The notes: generated by a model from the letters alone, not told the origin. A stretch of 64,000 nt of DNA from Lysobacterales bacterium (GCA_022844165.1 JALHMH010000012.1:32001-96000); one strand, 5' to 3'. Counted from the stretch's first letter, positions 9,676 to 24,593 are shown. Numbers and translations are program-made.

Positions 9676-10595
9676 GAGCGTGCGCCTCCTTGTGTGATCG
9701 TGCGAAACACCTCATCCAGGCGCCCCGATTCCAGTTCGACGCTGGTCACATCGATGGCGCGCTCGTGCAGGCGCTGCGTGACAGGTCCAAAAATGCTCTT
9801 CCCCAAGATCGGGAAGACGGTCAGGACGCGCGCCTCGCGATCGATTGCGATGTCGCTCACACCCGGAACGCCGTTGAGCGCTTCCTTGAGCGCATCCAGG
9901 TCGCGTGCGCGCAGGGATACGGCCTGGTAGTACTTGGATTTTGCCTCCAACTCGTCGGGCGTCGCATCGGCCACCACCTTGCCACCGGCGATGATGATCG
10001 CGCGCGAGCAAACTGCGTGGACTTCTTCCAGAATGTGCGTCGAGATCACGACGATTTTGTCTTTCGCGAGCCCTTGGATCAGCGCACGCACCTCGTGTTT
10101 TTGATTCGGATCGAGACCGTCCGTGGGTTCGTCGAGCACCAATACCCTGGGATCGTGCAAAATCGCTTGCGCGATGCCGACGCGTCGTTTGAAGCCCTTG
10201 CTCAGCGTATCGATCGGCTGATCCAGGACGCGTTCGAGGCCCAGGCGCGCGACGACTTCGCGAATACGATTGGCAGGATTCTCCAGGCCACGTATGCGTG
10301 CGATGAAGGTGAGGAAGTTCGCTGGCGTCATTTCACCATAAGCTGGAGCGCCCTCCGGCAAGTAGCCGATACAGCGCTTTGCTTCCAGGGGCGCCGACTC
10401 GACGTCGTGGCCGCACACGCGGATGCTGCCTTCGGTCGGCGTCAAGAAGCCCGCAATCATCTTCATTGTCGTCGACTTCCCGGCCCCGTTGGGTCCGAGA
10501 AAGCCCAGGACTTCGCCGGGAGAGACGGTGAAACTCACCGAATCTACTGCTACGAGATCCCCATATCGCTTAGTTAGATTCTTGATTTCTATCAT
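9672..10595 (-). CDS. GldA-like ABC transporter ATP-binding protein
   Basis: Walker A GPNGAGKST, signature LSKGFKRRV, Walker B LVLDEPT. Confidence 0.92.
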   Translation of the reverse strand: MIEIKNLTKRYGDLVAVDSVSFTVSPGEVLGFLGPNGAGKSTTMKMIAGFLTPTEGSIRVCGHDVESAPLEAKRCIGYLPEGAPAYGEMTPANFLTFIARIRGLENPANRIREVVARLGLERVLDQPIDTLSKGFKRRVGIAQAILHDPRVLVLDEPTDGLDPNQKHEVRALIQGLAKDKIVVISTHILEEVHAVCSRAIIIAGGKVVADATPDELEAKSKYYQAVSLRARDLDALKEALNGVPGVSDIAIDREARVLTVFPILGKSIFGPVTQRLHERAIDVTSVELESGRLDEVFRTITQGGARS

Positions 10596-10641
10596 GATAT
10601 TGACTTCGATCCGTGTTGTTTCGAAATGCGAGACGCGCGCG

Positions 10642-10681
10642 ACTTGAGGGCGCTGCGACCATTTTCAAGGGGGAAAGTTCC
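10642..10681 (-). promoter_or_regulatory. Overlapping sigmaE-like and sigma32-like promoter motifs upstream of the Gld-like operon
   Basis: Minus strand has GGAACTT-N16-TCGCA and CTTGAA-N13-CCCTCAAGT, 45-85 nt upstream of the ATG. Confidence 0.45.
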
Positions 10682-10763
10682 CAGAGTGGGGATGGCCAAT
10701 CCACTCGATTGCCACCAGCCTCGATTGCCACCAGCAGGTTGTGACTCAACGGTTCGCCACGGC

Positions 10764-11141
10764 TCACTGCCGCGGTAACAAGAATGCGGCGAGGACGGCG
10801 CGACCTTCGCCGCTCAGAACGTTATACGTTCGTGCCGCCGCGTCGCTACTCATGGCTTCAAACCCAATGCCGGCGCTCATCACATGTGCGTGCAAGGCGG
10901 GTGGCGCAAGTTGATGACGGATTCCTGTGCCTAGAAGGATGACGTCTGGTTCTAACTGGATGAGTACGTCGAGAGCGCCTTCGTCGAGTTCCGTGATCGA
11001 TGACGGCGACCACAAGCCATGTCGGCCGCCGAATGCCCAGAAACTCGTGTCCAGCCAGGTGCCGCCCAGACGAACACGAGCGCCATCGACTGCGGTGATG
11101 CTGGTGGGTAACTCTGGTTGGTGCCAGATCAGACCGCTCAT
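10764..11141 (-). CDS. Mth938-like domain protein (DUF498/598)
   Basis: PDVILLGTG and GIGFEAMSSDAAARTYNVLSGEGR motifs. Confidence 0.88.
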   Translation of the reverse strand: MSGLIWHQPELPTSITAVDGARVRLGGTWLDTSFWAFGGRHGLWSPSSITELDEGALDVLIQLEPDVILLGTGIRHQLAPPALHAHVMSAGIGFEAMSSDAAARTYNVLSGEGRAVLAAFLLPRQ

Positions 11142-11434
11142 CTGGGCAGTTGCAACTTCGGCGCGTCGGGATGTGCGCGAAACAATGCAACGATGTGCCC
11201 GATTTCCTGCACGATCGCAGCGCCTGTTTGCGCCACGATGGCCGAAATCAGTGCTTTGCGGGCCATCCGGTCCTCCGCGCTGATCCGGACTTTGATCAAT
11301 TCGTGAGCGTTCAGTGCGATGTTGATTTCCTGCATGACCGTCGGAGCAAGCCCGCGTTCGGCGATCATCACCACGGGTTTGAGTGCGTGTGCCATCGACC
11401 GCAAGAATCGTTTTTGCGCTGCATTGATCGACAT
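11138..11434 (-). CDS. yhbY: Ribosome assembly RNA-binding protein YhbY (CRM domain)
   Basis: LRSMAHALKPVV...HELIKVRI...QEIGHIVALFR; divergent from rlmE as usual. Confidence 0.92.
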   Translation of the reverse strand: MSINAAQKRFLRSMAHALKPVVMIAERGLAPTVMQEINIALNAHELIKVRISAEDRMARKALISAIVAQTGAAIVQEIGHIVALFRAHPDAPKLQLPR

Positions 11435-11563
11435 AGTGTCTGGCGGGTGTAGTGCGGGGTGGCGGAGGCTATCATGCTGCGTTTCCTGGTTCTCGGATTT
11501 TGACGTCCAACGTGGCGCACGATACTGATCCCTTGAACTTTGATCCGCCCCTCAGGACGCAAC

Positions 11564-12190
11564 ATGGCCCGCAGTAAATCCAGCGCACGGTGGCTTGATG
11601 AGCACTTCCGCGATCCTTTCGTGAGGCGCGCCCATGTTGAGGGGAAACGCTCGCGAGCGGCGTACAAGTTGGAAGAGCTGCTGGAACGCGATTTGCTTTT
11701 GAAGCCGGGGATGAGCATCGTTGATCTCGGCGCGGCGCCTGGCGGCTGGAGTCAAGTGGCTGCGGATAGATTGAAGGGCAGGGGTCGGGTGATTGGCTTG
11801 GATATCCTGCCAATGGCGGAATTGCCGGGGGTCGAATTTTTGCAAGGCGATTTCACGACTGAGGAATCGCTGAACAGCCTGGAAGCCGCACTGGGCGGAG
11901 AAAAAGTGGACCTTGTGATGTCGGACATGGCCCCCAACATGAGCGGTGTGGGCGTGGTCGATCAGGATCGATCAATGGTTCTGGTGGAATTGGCGTTGGA
12001 CTTCGCCAGGCAGGCGCTCAAGTATCAAGGTGGTTTTTTGGTCAAAGTGTTTCAGGGTGAGGGTTTTGACGCTTTGCTGAAGCAACTACGTGCACAATTC
12101 AATAGAGTATTGGTCCGCAAACCGAAAGCATCGCGCTCGCGGAGCCGCGAAGTGTATATCCTGGCAACAGGTTACAAAGCGCGGCCGTAG
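11564..12190 (+). CDS. rlmE: 23S rRNA Um2552 methyltransferase RlmE
   Basis: [33 protein letters not shown] and SDMAPNMSG motifs. Confidence 0.97.
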   Translation: MARSKSSARWLDEHFRDPFVRRAHVEGKRSRAAYKLEELLERDLLLKPGMSIVDLGAAPGGWSQVAADRLKGRGRVIGLDILPMAELPGVEFLQGDFTTEESLNSLEAALGGEKVDLVMSDMAPNMSGVGVVDQDRSMVLVELALDFARQALKYQGGFLVKVFQGEGFDALLKQLRAQFNRVLVRKPKASRSRSREVYILATGYKARP

Positions 12191-12210
12191 CCGCGACGAG
12201 GAGCAAAGCT

Positions 12211-14112
12211 GTGAATGATCTGGCAAAAAACATGTTGCTGTGGGTGGTGATTGGGTTGGTACTGCTGGGGGTGTTTCGCAGTTTCGGGACCTCAACACCA
12301 GCGGCGCCGATGTCGTACTCAGACTTCCTGGGCAAGGTCGAGCGTGATCAAATCCAGGAAGTCAGAATCGATGCCGATCGCAAGATGACCGGAAAACAGC
12401 AGGACGGCACGGCCTTCGAGCTGTATGCACCGGACGACCCACGGCTCGTGGAAACGCTGATTGCCAACAACGTCAAAGTGACTCAGGCGGCGCCGGAGTC
12501 GGGATTCACGTTGGTTGGATTGTTGCTTAACTTGCTGCCAGTCTTTTTGCTGATCGGCTTCTGGATTTTCGTGATGCGCCAGATGCAAGGCGGTGGCGCC
12601 GGGCGTGGTGCGATGTCTTTCGGGAAGAGCCGTGCGCGCCTGCAAGGCGAAGATCAGGTCAAGGTGACGTTTGCTGACGTGGCGGGCGTTGACGAGGCCA
12701 AAGCGGAAGTGGGTGAGCTCGTCGACTTCTTGCGCGATCCCGGCAAGTTCCAGAAGTTGGGCGGCAAGATTCCGCGTGGCGTTTTGATGGTCGGGCCTCC
12801 TGGTACCGGCAAGACGCTTCTGGCGAAGGCCATTGCCGGCGAAGCGAAGGTGCCGTTCTTCATCATCTCTGGTTCCGATTTCGTTGAGATGTTCGTTGGC
12901 GTTGGCGCAAGTCGCGTGCGCGATATGTTCGAGCAGGCGAAGAAACACGCGCCTTGCATCATCTTCATCGACGAAATTGACGCCGTTGGCCGGCATCGCG
13001 GTGCCGGATTGGGTGGTGGACACGACGAGCGCGAACAAACGCTCAACCAGCTGCTGGTGGAAATGGACGGCTTCGAGGGTTCCGAGGGGATCATCGTCAT
13101 TGCCGCAACGAACCGGCCCGATGTGCTCGACCCGGCCCTGTTGCGCCCCGGGCGCTTTGATCGGCAGGTGGTCGTTGGCTTGCCAGATGTGCGTGGCCGC
13201 GAACAGATCTTAAAAGTTCACATGCGAAAAGTCCCGCTGTCGGACGATGTGCGTCCGTCGCTGATCGCACGCGGCACGCCAGGCTTCTCGGGCGCTGATC
13301 TTGCGAATCTGGTCAATGAGGCGGCGTTGTTTGCCGCGCGCGAAAATTGTCGCGATGTTGCGATGACGCACTTCGAAAAAGCCAAGGATAAGATCATGAT
13401 GGGCGCGGAACGGCGTTCCATGGTGATGAGCGAAAAAGAGAAGCGTTTGACGGCTTACCATGAGGCAGGTCATGCGATCGTGGGGCGTTTGGTGCCCGAG
13501 CACGACCCTGTCTACAAAGTGACGATCATTCCCCGCGGTCGCGCGCTTGGCGTGACCATGTTCCTGCCGGAGGGCGATCGTTATTCGATGAACAAAATCG
13601 AGATCAATTCCAAGCTTTGCTCAACGTATGGCGGGCGCATTGCAGAAGAGATTATTTTCGGCGCCGAACACGTCACCAACGGCGCATCGAGTGATATCGA
13701 TTACGCGACGCGGCTGGCGCGCACTGCCGTCACCCAATGGGGTCTCTCGAATCTCGGCCCGATTCGTTTCGGCGAGCAGGAGGAAGAGGTGTTTCTGGGT
13801 CGTTCGATGACGCAGACGCGCGGCGTATCTGGCGACACGGCAAGACAAATAGACGGCGAAATCCGACGCATGCTCGACGATGCGTACGACAAAGCGCGCG
13901 AATTACTGAAGGCGAATACCGACAAGCTGCACGCAATGGCCGATGCGTTGATGAAGTACGAAACCATTGATGTGACTCAGATCGATGCGATCATGGAGGG
14001 TCGCGAGGTTCCGCCACCAGCCGATTGGAAGGACGATGGCGGTGCTCCGACGAATCCGGGTCCAGGTACGCCAAGTCCAGCGCCCGTGGCGACAGCTGTG
14101 CCGCAGACCTGA
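12211..14112 (+). CDS. ftsH: ATP-dependent zinc metalloprotease FtsH
   Basis: Two TM helices, [25 protein letters not shown] and HEAGH motifs. Confidence 0.98.
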   Translation: MNDLAKNMLLWVVIGLVLLGVFRSFGTSTPAAPMSYSDFLGKVERDQIQEVRIDADRKMTGKQQDGTAFELYAPDDPRLVETLIANNVKVTQAAPESGFTLVGLLLNLLPVFLLIGFWIFVMRQMQGGGAGRGAMSFGKSRARLQGEDQVKVTFADVAGVDEAKAEVGELVDFLRDPGKFQKLGGKIPRGVLMVGPPGTGKTLLAKAIAGEAKVPFFIISGSDFVEMFVGVGASRVRDMFEQAKKHAPCIIFIDEIDAVGRHRGAGLGGGHDEREQTLNQLLVEMDGFEGSEGIIVIAATNRPDVLDPALLRPGRFDRQVVVGLPDVRGREQILKVHMRKVPLSDDVRPSLIARGTPGFSGADLANLVNEAALFAARENCRDVAMTHFEKAKDKIMMGAERRSMVMSEKEKRLTAYHEAGHAIVGRLVPEHDPVYKVTIIPRGRALGVTMFLPEGDRYSMNKIEINSKLCSTYGGRIAEEIIFGAEHVTNGASSDIDYATRLARTAVTQWGLSNLGPIRFGEQEEEVFLGRSMTQTRGVSGDTARQIDGEIRRMLDDAYDKARELLKANTDKLHAMADALMKYETIDVTQIDAIMEGREVPPPADWKDDGGAPTNPGPGTPSPAPVATAVPQT

Positions 14113-14133
14113 TCGACAGTCGGGCGCACGATC

Positions 14134-15036
14134 GTGTTTGCGGCGCCGCGCCGAACACTGGATTGCAGGGGCCGGTTGCTCGATCTTGAGCGTCCGGCCA
14201 TCGTTGGTATTGTCAATGTAACCCCAGATTCGTTTAGCGATGGCGGAGAGACCTTCGATGTAGAGGCCGCCGTTGCCCGCGGTGTGGCGATGGTGGAAGC
14301 CGGGGCCAACGCACTCGATGTGGGCGGGGAATCGACGCGTCCTGGTGCGGCAGCCGTCGAAGAGGCCGAAGAGCTGCGGCGTGTCATACCGGTCATCGAA
14401 CGCCTGGTCGAAGCCGTTGGTGTGCCGATTTCTATCGATACTCAAAAGGCGACTGTGATGCGCGCTGCGGTTGCAGCCGGCGCAGGATGGATCAATGACG
14501 TCGGCGCGCTGCGCGCCAGCGGGGCGCTTGATGCTGCGGCCGACAGCGGTGCGGCCATTACGCTGATGCACATGCAGGGCACGCCGCAGACCATGCAAAG
14601 CGCGCCCGAATACGACGATGTGGTTGGCGAGGTTCAGAAGTTCCTGACCGATCGCGTGCTGGCTTGTCAATTTGCCGGCATCGACAAGAAGCGCCTTGTT
14701 ATCGATCCCGGTTTCGGTTTCGGCAAGAGCTACACCCACAATCTGATACTGCTCGCGGAGTTGGAGCGCCTGCTTGTTCTCGATTGCCCGCTCATGGTCG
14801 GTATATCGCGTAAACGACTCATCGGTGCGTTGTGCGGCAAAGATCGTCCGCAGGACCGAGTCGCGGGCAGTGTGGCGGCGGCGCTGTTGGCTGTGCAGCG
14901 TGGCGCGAACATCGTTCGTGTGCACGATGTCTCGGCCACATCGGATGCGCTTAAGGTCTGGGCGGCCGTCAAGGCGCATTCGCCTCAGGCGAAACTGCCA
15001 ACGCGTCCCGTCATCAGCTGGCCCGACGAGGAGTAG
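14134..15036 (+). CDS. folP: Dihydropteroate synthase
   Basis: NVTPDSFSDGG, GGESTRPGA, DPGFGFGK, SRKR and RVHDV motifs. Confidence 0.96.
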   Translation: MFAAPRRTLDCRGRLLDLERPAIVGIVNVTPDSFSDGGETFDVEAAVARGVAMVEAGANALDVGGESTRPGAAAVEEAEELRRVIPVIERLVEAVGVPISIDTQKATVMRAAVAAGAGWINDVGALRASGALDAAADSGAAITLMHMQGTPQTMQSAPEYDDVVGEVQKFLTDRVLACQFAGIDKKRLVIDPGFGFGKSYTHNLILLAELERLLVLDCPLMVGISRKRLIGALCGKDRPQDRVAGSVAAALLAVQRGANIVRVHDVSATSDALKVWAAVKAHSPQAKLPTRPVISWPDEE

Positions 15037-15037
15037 A

Positions 15038-15278
15038 CTAGCGAGGCTTCGCCTCAGGCCGCCGAGCATTGTTGGCTTCGCCTGACACTGTATTGCCCAC
15101 AACCCGCGCTTCGCATTTCCGGCCCAACGGCGCAGCGGCCGGGCGTTCGACTCGGCACACGCCTTTCGGCGTGTGAGCGCCGAGTCTCACCCCCTAAACT
15201 TAAGGGGCTGCAAAAGCCAAAGCCGCTCCTAAGAAAATTTGACTCAAATGCAAGATGCAGCTCCGTCAAGGACTCTAG
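15038..15278 (+). repeat. Full-length copy A of the CTRG-flanked hairpin element (putative non-autonomous mobile element or structured ncRNA)
   Basis: CTAG at both ends, collinear similarity to 55105-55357, multiple hairpins. Confidence 0.88.
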
Positions 15279-15904
15279 TGCGACTTTATGGCCGCCACGG
15301 CTGGGGTTCCGCTTTGATCGAAGCGCAACTTGCGTGGTACGGCGTACCTTATGAGTTCGTCGAAGCGGGTGAGTTGTTCCACGACAGTTCGGCAAGAGCG
15401 GCGCTCAAGAAAGTCAATCCGTTGGCCCAGGTGCCCACTCTGGTACTGTCAGAAAAGGAAGTGCTTACGGAGAGCGCAGCGATGACGCTTACGCTTGCCG
15501 AGCGATTCGGTCGCAGTGATCTGGTGCCGCTTCCGGGCAGTATTGAGCGCGATGCATTTCTGCGCTGGCTCATTTTTGTCGTTGCGAATATCTATCCCAC
15601 TTTCACCTATGCCGACGATCCGTCTCGATTTGTGCGTGTCGAGTCAGCCCAGAGGGGATTCCGGGATGCGACGGATCGCTATCGAGAGTCCTTATGGGAA
15701 GTGGTCGACAGCGTCATCGTCGGCCCCTGGTTTCTCGGCGAGCGTTTCAGCGCACTGGATATTTATCTTGCCGTGATGGCACGTTGGCGTCCGAAACTGT
15801 CGTGGTTTGCTTTGCACGCAAGCAAGATTCATCGCATCGCGATCGCTACCGCCGATCAGCCCGAGTTGCGTGACGTGTTCCATCGCAACTTCGCGGATTC
15901 TTAA
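15278..15904 (+). CDS. Glutathione S-transferase family protein
   Basis: RLYGRHGWGS, NPLAQVPTL, LTESAAM and GPWFLGERFSALDIYL motifs. Start is either GTG 15278 (after AAGGA) or ATG 15248. Confidence 0.9.
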   Translation: MRLYGRHGWGSALIEAQLAWYGVPYEFVEAGELFHDSSARAALKKVNPLAQVPTLVLSEKEVLTESAAMTLTLAERFGRSDLVPLPGSIERDAFLRWLIFVVANIYPTFTYADDPSRFVRVESAQRGFRDATDRYRESLWEVVDSVIVGPWFLGERFSALDIYLAVMARWRPKLSWFALHASKIHRIAIATADQPELRDVFHRNFADS

Positions 15905-18725
<2,821 letters not shown>

Positions 18726-18939
18726 TTTGGTTCGACAGATTTTCCAGATGGACAAGCCGCACCTGTTGCCGAATGGCCAACACAGAAGCCTCGGCGTATT
18801 CACGTTGCCGCTTTCGTAACGCGGGTTGCCGGGCTGAAGGTGGACGCCTCGCCATGCTGAGCGCGGTCGAACGAGGCACGTATGCTCGTGCGCTCGTGCC
18901 ATCGAGCTTTTGTTCCTGCTTTTTGTTCAAGGCGTACCC

Positions 18940-19764
18940 ATGAACTCTCTTTGTTCGTTTCCGATCGGCATCGATCAACCATTTTTTCTCATTGCCGGAC
19001 CCTGCGTCATCGAATCGATGCAACTTCAGCTCGATGTCGCGGGGCAACTCAAGGAGCTGACGACGGCGCTGAACGTACCGTTCGTCTTCAAGTCGAGTTT
19101 CGACAAGGCGAATCGATCTTCGGGTACCAGCTTTCGCGGTCCAGGGATGGCCGAAGGGCTGAAAGTGCTCGCGGAGGTGAAGCGTCAGATTGGCGTGCCG
19201 GTGCTGACGGATGTGCATGAGTACACGCCGATGCACGAAGTCGCAAGTGTCGTGGACATACTTCAGACACCCGCTTTTCTGTGCCGGCAGACGGATTTCA
19301 TACAAACCGTGGCGCGTGCGGGCAAGCCGGTCAACATCAAGAAGGGCCAGTTCTTGAGTCCCTGGGAGATGCGCAATGTCGTCGAGAAGGCCCGCGCGGT
19401 TGGCAACAACGACATTCTGGTTTGCGAACGCGGAGCGAGTTTCGGGTACAACAACCTGGTCTCCGATATGCGCTCGCTCGTCGTGATGCGCAATACGGGC
19501 GCGCCGGTCGTGTTTGATGCCACTCACTCGGTGCAATTGCCGGGTGGTCAAGGCGATCGTTCCGGCGGGCAGCGGGAGTTTGTACCTGCGCTCGCCCGTG
19601 CAGCGGTGGCAGTGGGCATCTCTGGACTGTTCATGGAAACGCATCCCGATCCCGATAAAGCGTTATCGGATGGGCCCAACGCTTGGCCGTTGCCCCAAAT
19701 GCGCCAGTTATTGGAAACGCTCGTGGCATTGGATCGTGCGGTAAAATCATCGCCCATGCTTTGA
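18940..19764 (+). CDS. kdsA: KDO 8-phosphate synthase
   Basis: [20 protein letters not shown] and [12 protein letters not shown] motifs. Confidence 0.97.
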   Translation: MNSLCSFPIGIDQPFFLIAGPCVIESMQLQLDVAGQLKELTTALNVPFVFKSSFDKANRSSGTSFRGPGMAEGLKVLAEVKRQIGVPVLTDVHEYTPMHEVASVVDILQTPAFLCRQTDFIQTVARAGKPVNIKKGQFLSPWEMRNVVEKARAVGNNDILVCERGASFGYNNLVSDMRSLVVMRNTGAPVVFDATHSVQLPGGQGDRSGGQREFVPALARAAVAVGISGLFMETHPDPDKALSDGPNAWPLPQMRQLLETLVALDRAVKSSPML

Positions 19765-19911
19765 TGGGCACAGGCGATTCGGCTGCGGTTGGCATCAGAA
19801 GAATCGTCGCCCCGGCCCCATCGTCTGGTCGTGCCGCCGTCCACCCATTACTATTCACCGCCACTTTCAACTCCCACCGGCGCACGATCCGTTGCTCCCC
19901 GTGTGACCTAA

Positions 19912-21207
<1,296 letters not shown>

Positions 21208-21209
21208 TC

Positions 21210-21524
21210 TTGCGCTGGTTGCTGCTCGTCTTGCTGTTGCTGTTGATCGGACTTCAGTATCAACTGTGGTTCCGTGGCGGCATGAACGAAGTCTGGGCGT
21301 TGGAGAAGGCACTCGCGGAGCAGCGCTCAGCCAATGAGAAGTTGAAAGCGCGCAACGCAGCTTTGGCCGCTGAAGTTGAGGACTTGAAGACCGGGCGCGA
21401 TGCGGTTGAAGAACGTGCGCGATCGGAACTTGGAATGGTCGAACAGGGCGAGGTCTTGATCCAGGTGGCAACGCCAGAGGCGGCGAATGCAGCGCAACCT
21501 GTCGAAGATGAGGCGCCGAAGTGA
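21210..21524 (+). CDS. ftsB: Cell division protein FtsB
   Basis: TM followed by LQYQLWF, coiled coil and EERARSELGM; lies between eno and ispD. TTG start inferred. Confidence 0.92.
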   Translation: MRWLLLVLLLLLIGLQYQLWFRGGMNEVWALEKALAEQRSANEKLKARNAALAAEVEDLKTGRDAVEERARSELGMVEQGEVLIQVATPEAANAAQPVEDEAPK

Positions 21525-22195
21525 TTTGGGCAGTGGTTCCTGCCGCAGGCGAAGGCAGACGTTTCGGTGGTGCGATCCCGAAGCAGTATTTGGAAATTTC
21601 AGGCAAGGCAATATTGCGTTGGACGCTGGAACGTCTGGCAGCCGTTCGTGGTTTGGAAGGCATCGTCGTTGCCCTCGGCGCCGACGACCGGCGCTGGCCT
21701 GGCTGGCGAGAAATCGATGGCGTGGAACTGCGGACGACGATCGGCGGGGCAAACCGGGTAGATTCGGTGCTTGCCGGTTTGCGTGCGCTGCCATCGTCTG
21801 TGTCTGGCGACGCTCTGGTTCTGGTGCACGATGCGGCGCGGCCCTGTGTCGCCGCAACAGATATCGAGCGCTTACTTCAGGATGCGCCCCAGGGCGGTTT
21901 CCTGGCCGTCGGCATCCGGGACACCGTCAAGCAATGCATATCTGACCGCGTGACCACCGTTGCTCGTGAATCGTTATGGCGCGCGCAAACGCCGCAGTGT
22001 TTTCCCCGGGGCGCTCTGAGCAATGCGTTGACCGCCGCCATCCATGCGGGAAAGGTGCCAACCGACGAGGCCCAGGCGATGGAATGGATGGGCTGGCCGA
22101 TGCAACTGGTCGCGGGCTGCGAGCACAACATCAAGATCACAACCGAGCAGGATCTTAAACTCGCCCGGTGGTTATTGGAGAGCGCATGCGGATAG
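21521..22195 (+). CDS. ispD: 2-C-methyl-D-erythritol 4-phosphate cytidylyltransferase
   Basis: [28 protein letters not shown] and NIKITT motifs. Confidence 0.95.
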   Translation: MIWAVVPAAGEGRRFGGAIPKQYLEISGKAILRWTLERLAAVRGLEGIVVALGADDRRWPGWREIDGVELRTTIGGANRVDSVLAGLRALPSSVSGDALVLVHDAARPCVAATDIERLLQDAPQGGFLAVGIRDTVKQCISDRVTTVARESLWRAQTPQCFPRGALSNALTAAIHAGKVPTDEAQAMEWMGWPMQLVAGCEHNIKITTEQDLKLARWLLESACG

Positions 22196-22668
22196 GTCAC
22201 GGCTTCGACGTCCATGCATTTGGCGAAGGCGATCACGTGATGCTTGGTGGCTTACGAATTGCCCATGGGCGTGGCGTGATCGCGCATTCCGATGGTGATG
22301 TTGTGCTGCATGCACTGTGCGATGCGCTGCTCGGCGCTGCAAGCCTGGGCGATATTGGCCAACATTTTCCGCCCAGTGATGAACGTTGGCGCGGCGCGGA
22401 TTCGCGGCAGCTGCTACGCCACTGCGTTGGTCTGTTGCGGCAGCGTGGTTGGCGTTTGGGCAATGCCGATATCACCATACTGGCGGAGCGGCCTAAAGTG
22501 AGCCCGCATGCCACGCTGATGCGTGAGCGAATTGCGTGTGACTGCGCGGTCGACATCGACGCCGTGAGCGTCAAAGCAACAACGACCGAAAAGCTCGGGT
22601 TCACGGGGCGCGAAGAGGGTATTGCAGCGCATGCGGTTGTGCTCATCGTTGCGATCGAACGCACATGA
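22186..22668 (+). CDS. ispF: MEcDP synthase
   Basis: [17 protein letters not shown] and [16 protein letters not shown] motifs. Confidence 0.97.
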   Translation: MRIGHGFDVHAFGEGDHVMLGGLRIAHGRGVIAHSDGDVVLHALCDALLGAASLGDIGQHFPPSDERWRGADSRQLLRHCVGLLRQRGWRLGNADITILAERPKVSPHATLMRERIACDCAVDIDAVSVKATTTEKLGFTGREEGIAAHAVVLIVAIERT

Positions 22669-23717
22669 ACGGCTCTCACGCCGGCGATGCGGCGCAGGGT
22701 TTGTCGATGCCCTTTGCTCGCGAGGCGCCTGCGCTCATCGGTGCACTTAAATCGACGCCGGAGGATTTTGTCGTCGATGAAATCCTGCCGTATGGTCCGG
22801 ATGGCAAAGGCGAACACGACTGGCTGCATGTCGAAAAACGTGGCGTCAACTCAGCCTGGCTGGCGGCGCAACTTGCGCGATTCGCGGGCGTTCGGGAGGT
22901 GGCGATTGGCTTTGCCGGGCAGAAGGACCGCATCGGCGTCACTCGGCAGTTTTTTACGGTGCAGCTGCCCGGGCGCCGTGTCGATTGGTCCGCATTCGCA
23001 GTTGAGGGCGTCAGGTTGCTGGATGTGCAGCGCCACTCGCGCAAGATCCAACGCGGGAGCAACGATGGAAATCGCTTCGAGATCACGCTGCGTGAAATCG
23101 TTGGCGATCGGACCCGGGCTCAAGAACAATTGGCAACGCTGGCGATCAGTGGTGCTCCGAACTATTTCACTGAACAACGCTTTGGTCACGGAGGTTCCAA
23201 CCTGTCGCGTGCCCGGGCGTTGTTTACTGGCAGCAAGTTGGATCGCGCGCAACGCAGTTTTGCGTTGAGCGCGGCGCGCAGCGCGATATTTAACGCCGTT
23301 CTCGGCGCACGTGTAGTCGATGGTACCTGGGATCGAATCCTACCAGGAGAAATCGCGATGCTTGATGGATCGAATGCGTGGTTCAAGACGGTCCCAGACG
23401 ATCCTGACCTAAATGCGCGATGCGCCAGATGCGAGATTCATCCAACCGGCCCGCTATGGGGCAGCGAGGCGCTGCCGTTGGGCGCCGAGCTCGCCAGTTT
23501 CGAGGATGATTGCAGCCGAAGTTTCGACGATCTGAAACTTGGCCTGGCAAGGGAGCGTCTCGACAGCGCGCGACGCACGCTGCGCATTCGGCCAGGCGAC
23601 TTAACAGGGTCATTCACCGCGGACGCATTACAGATGAGCTTTACCTTGCCCGCAGGCGCCTATGCGACCGCAGTGCTTCGTCAGGTGTGCCGGCCATCCA
23701 TGCTGCCTTCCCAATGA
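22665..23717 (+). CDS. truD: tRNA pseudouridine(13) synthase
   Basis: [27 protein letters not shown] and LPAGAYAT motifs. Confidence 0.95.
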   Translation: MNGSHAGDAAQGLSMPFAREAPALIGALKSTPEDFVVDEILPYGPDGKGEHDWLHVEKRGVNSAWLAAQLARFAGVREVAIGFAGQKDRIGVTRQFFTVQLPGRRVDWSAFAVEGVRLLDVQRHSRKIQRGSNDGNRFEITLREIVGDRTRAQEQLATLAISGAPNYFTEQRFGHGGSNLSRARALFTGSKLDRAQRSFALSAARSAIFNAVLGARVVDGTWDRILPGEIAMLDGSNAWFKTVPDDPDLNARCARCEIHPTGPLWGSEALPLGAELASFEDDCSRSFDDLKLGLARERLDSARRTLRIRPGDLTGSFTADALQMSFTLPAGAYATAVLRQVCRPSMLPSQ

Positions 23718-23733
23718 GAGCTTTGCGGGGGCG

Positions 23734-24513
23734 CTAACCGCGGACCAGCAGCAGCAGACCGACGACATACAGCCACGTCGCGAAAAAGAGCTTCAGTCTG
23801 GCGACCGGCCAACGGTGTGCAAGGGCGGCGCCGATGGGTGCGGTGAGCACGCTGATCGCGCCTATCGTAGCGGCCACCTTTAAGTCCACGAAGCCCCAGG
23901 ACCCGTTGGACATGCCAGGTGGCGAGTTTGCAGTGGCATAACCAAACGCGCCAGCTAAAGCGATTGGGACACCGGCAACTGACGAGGTACCAATGGCGCG
24001 AGTCAAGGGAGCGCCTAAACGATGTAACAGGGGCACGGTCAGCGATCCGCCGCCGATGCCAACCGCGCTGGACAATGCGCCGATGCCAAAGCCGCTGGGC
24101 AGCAGCCACAGGCGACTGGCGCTTTTCGGATCGCCGCGCGGTCGCATCATCTGCCAGGCGGCAAAGAAACAGAAAATGGCAACAATCAGCGCGAGCGTAG
24201 TGCGCGACAGGCTGGCCACAATCAGCGCGCCGCCGCCGCTGCCAATGAGCAGGCCAGGGAGCAGCCACCCGAGCGCGGCCACATCGACTCCTCCGCGTCT
24301 AAAGTGCGCGTAACCGCTCGCTGCCCCGGTCAAAACGATGCTGGCCAACGAGGTTGCGACCGCAGCATGCAACGCGAAGGCGGGTGGCACGCCTTGATGC
24401 GGCAAGAAGGCTGCCAGCACAGGCACAATGACCAGGCCGCCGCCGACGCCAAGTAGTCCGGCGAGCAAACCAGCAATCGCGCCCAGGCACAAAAGGACAA
24501 ACAGATCGGGCAT
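23734..24513 (-). CDS. Sulfite exporter TauE/SafE family membrane protein
   Basis: AGLLGVGGGLVIVP and GIGGGSLTVP repeats; multi-TM. Confidence 0.88.
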   Translation of the reverse strand: MPDLFVLLCLGAIAGLLAGLLGVGGGLVIVPVLAAFLPHQGVPPAFALHAAVATSLASIVLTGAASGYAHFRRGGVDVAALGWLLPGLLIGSGGGALIVASLSRTTLALIVAIFCFFAAWQMMRPRGDPKSASRLWLLPSGFGIGALSSAVGIGGGSLTVPLLHRLGAPLTRAIGTSSVAGVPIALAGAFGYATANSPPGMSNGSWGFVDLKVAATIGAISVLTAPIGAALAHRWPVARLKLFFATWLYVVGLLLLVRG

Positions 24514-24593
24514 AAGCGACTTGGGTTCAGCCCTTCGAATTTGCAACCAGAACGTGGGTTAAGATTCGGTCTCGAGACGTTGGTGCCGGCCCA

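Noticed and set aside
5894-10595. Gliding motility / type IX secretion locus
   Set aside because: Only the GldA/F/G-like ABC module is present, and it is widespread in non-gliding bacteria. No gldK-N or spr genes were seen.
11532-11553. Sigma32 promoter for rlmE-ftsH (CTTGAA...CCCCTC)
   Set aside because: The spacer is only ~10 nt, too short for the consensus.
15038-15278. Calling the repeat a CRISPR array, omegaRNA or bridge RNA
   Set aside because: Copies are dispersed rather than arrayed, there is no repeat-spacer periodicity, and no Cas, TnpB/IscB or IS110 gene is in the window. Kept only as an unclassified element.
18726-18939. Long pyrG-kdsA and kdsA-eno (19765-19923) spacers as ncRNAs or small genes
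   Set aside because: No convincing RBS/ORF, repeat-family match or strong structure was seen.
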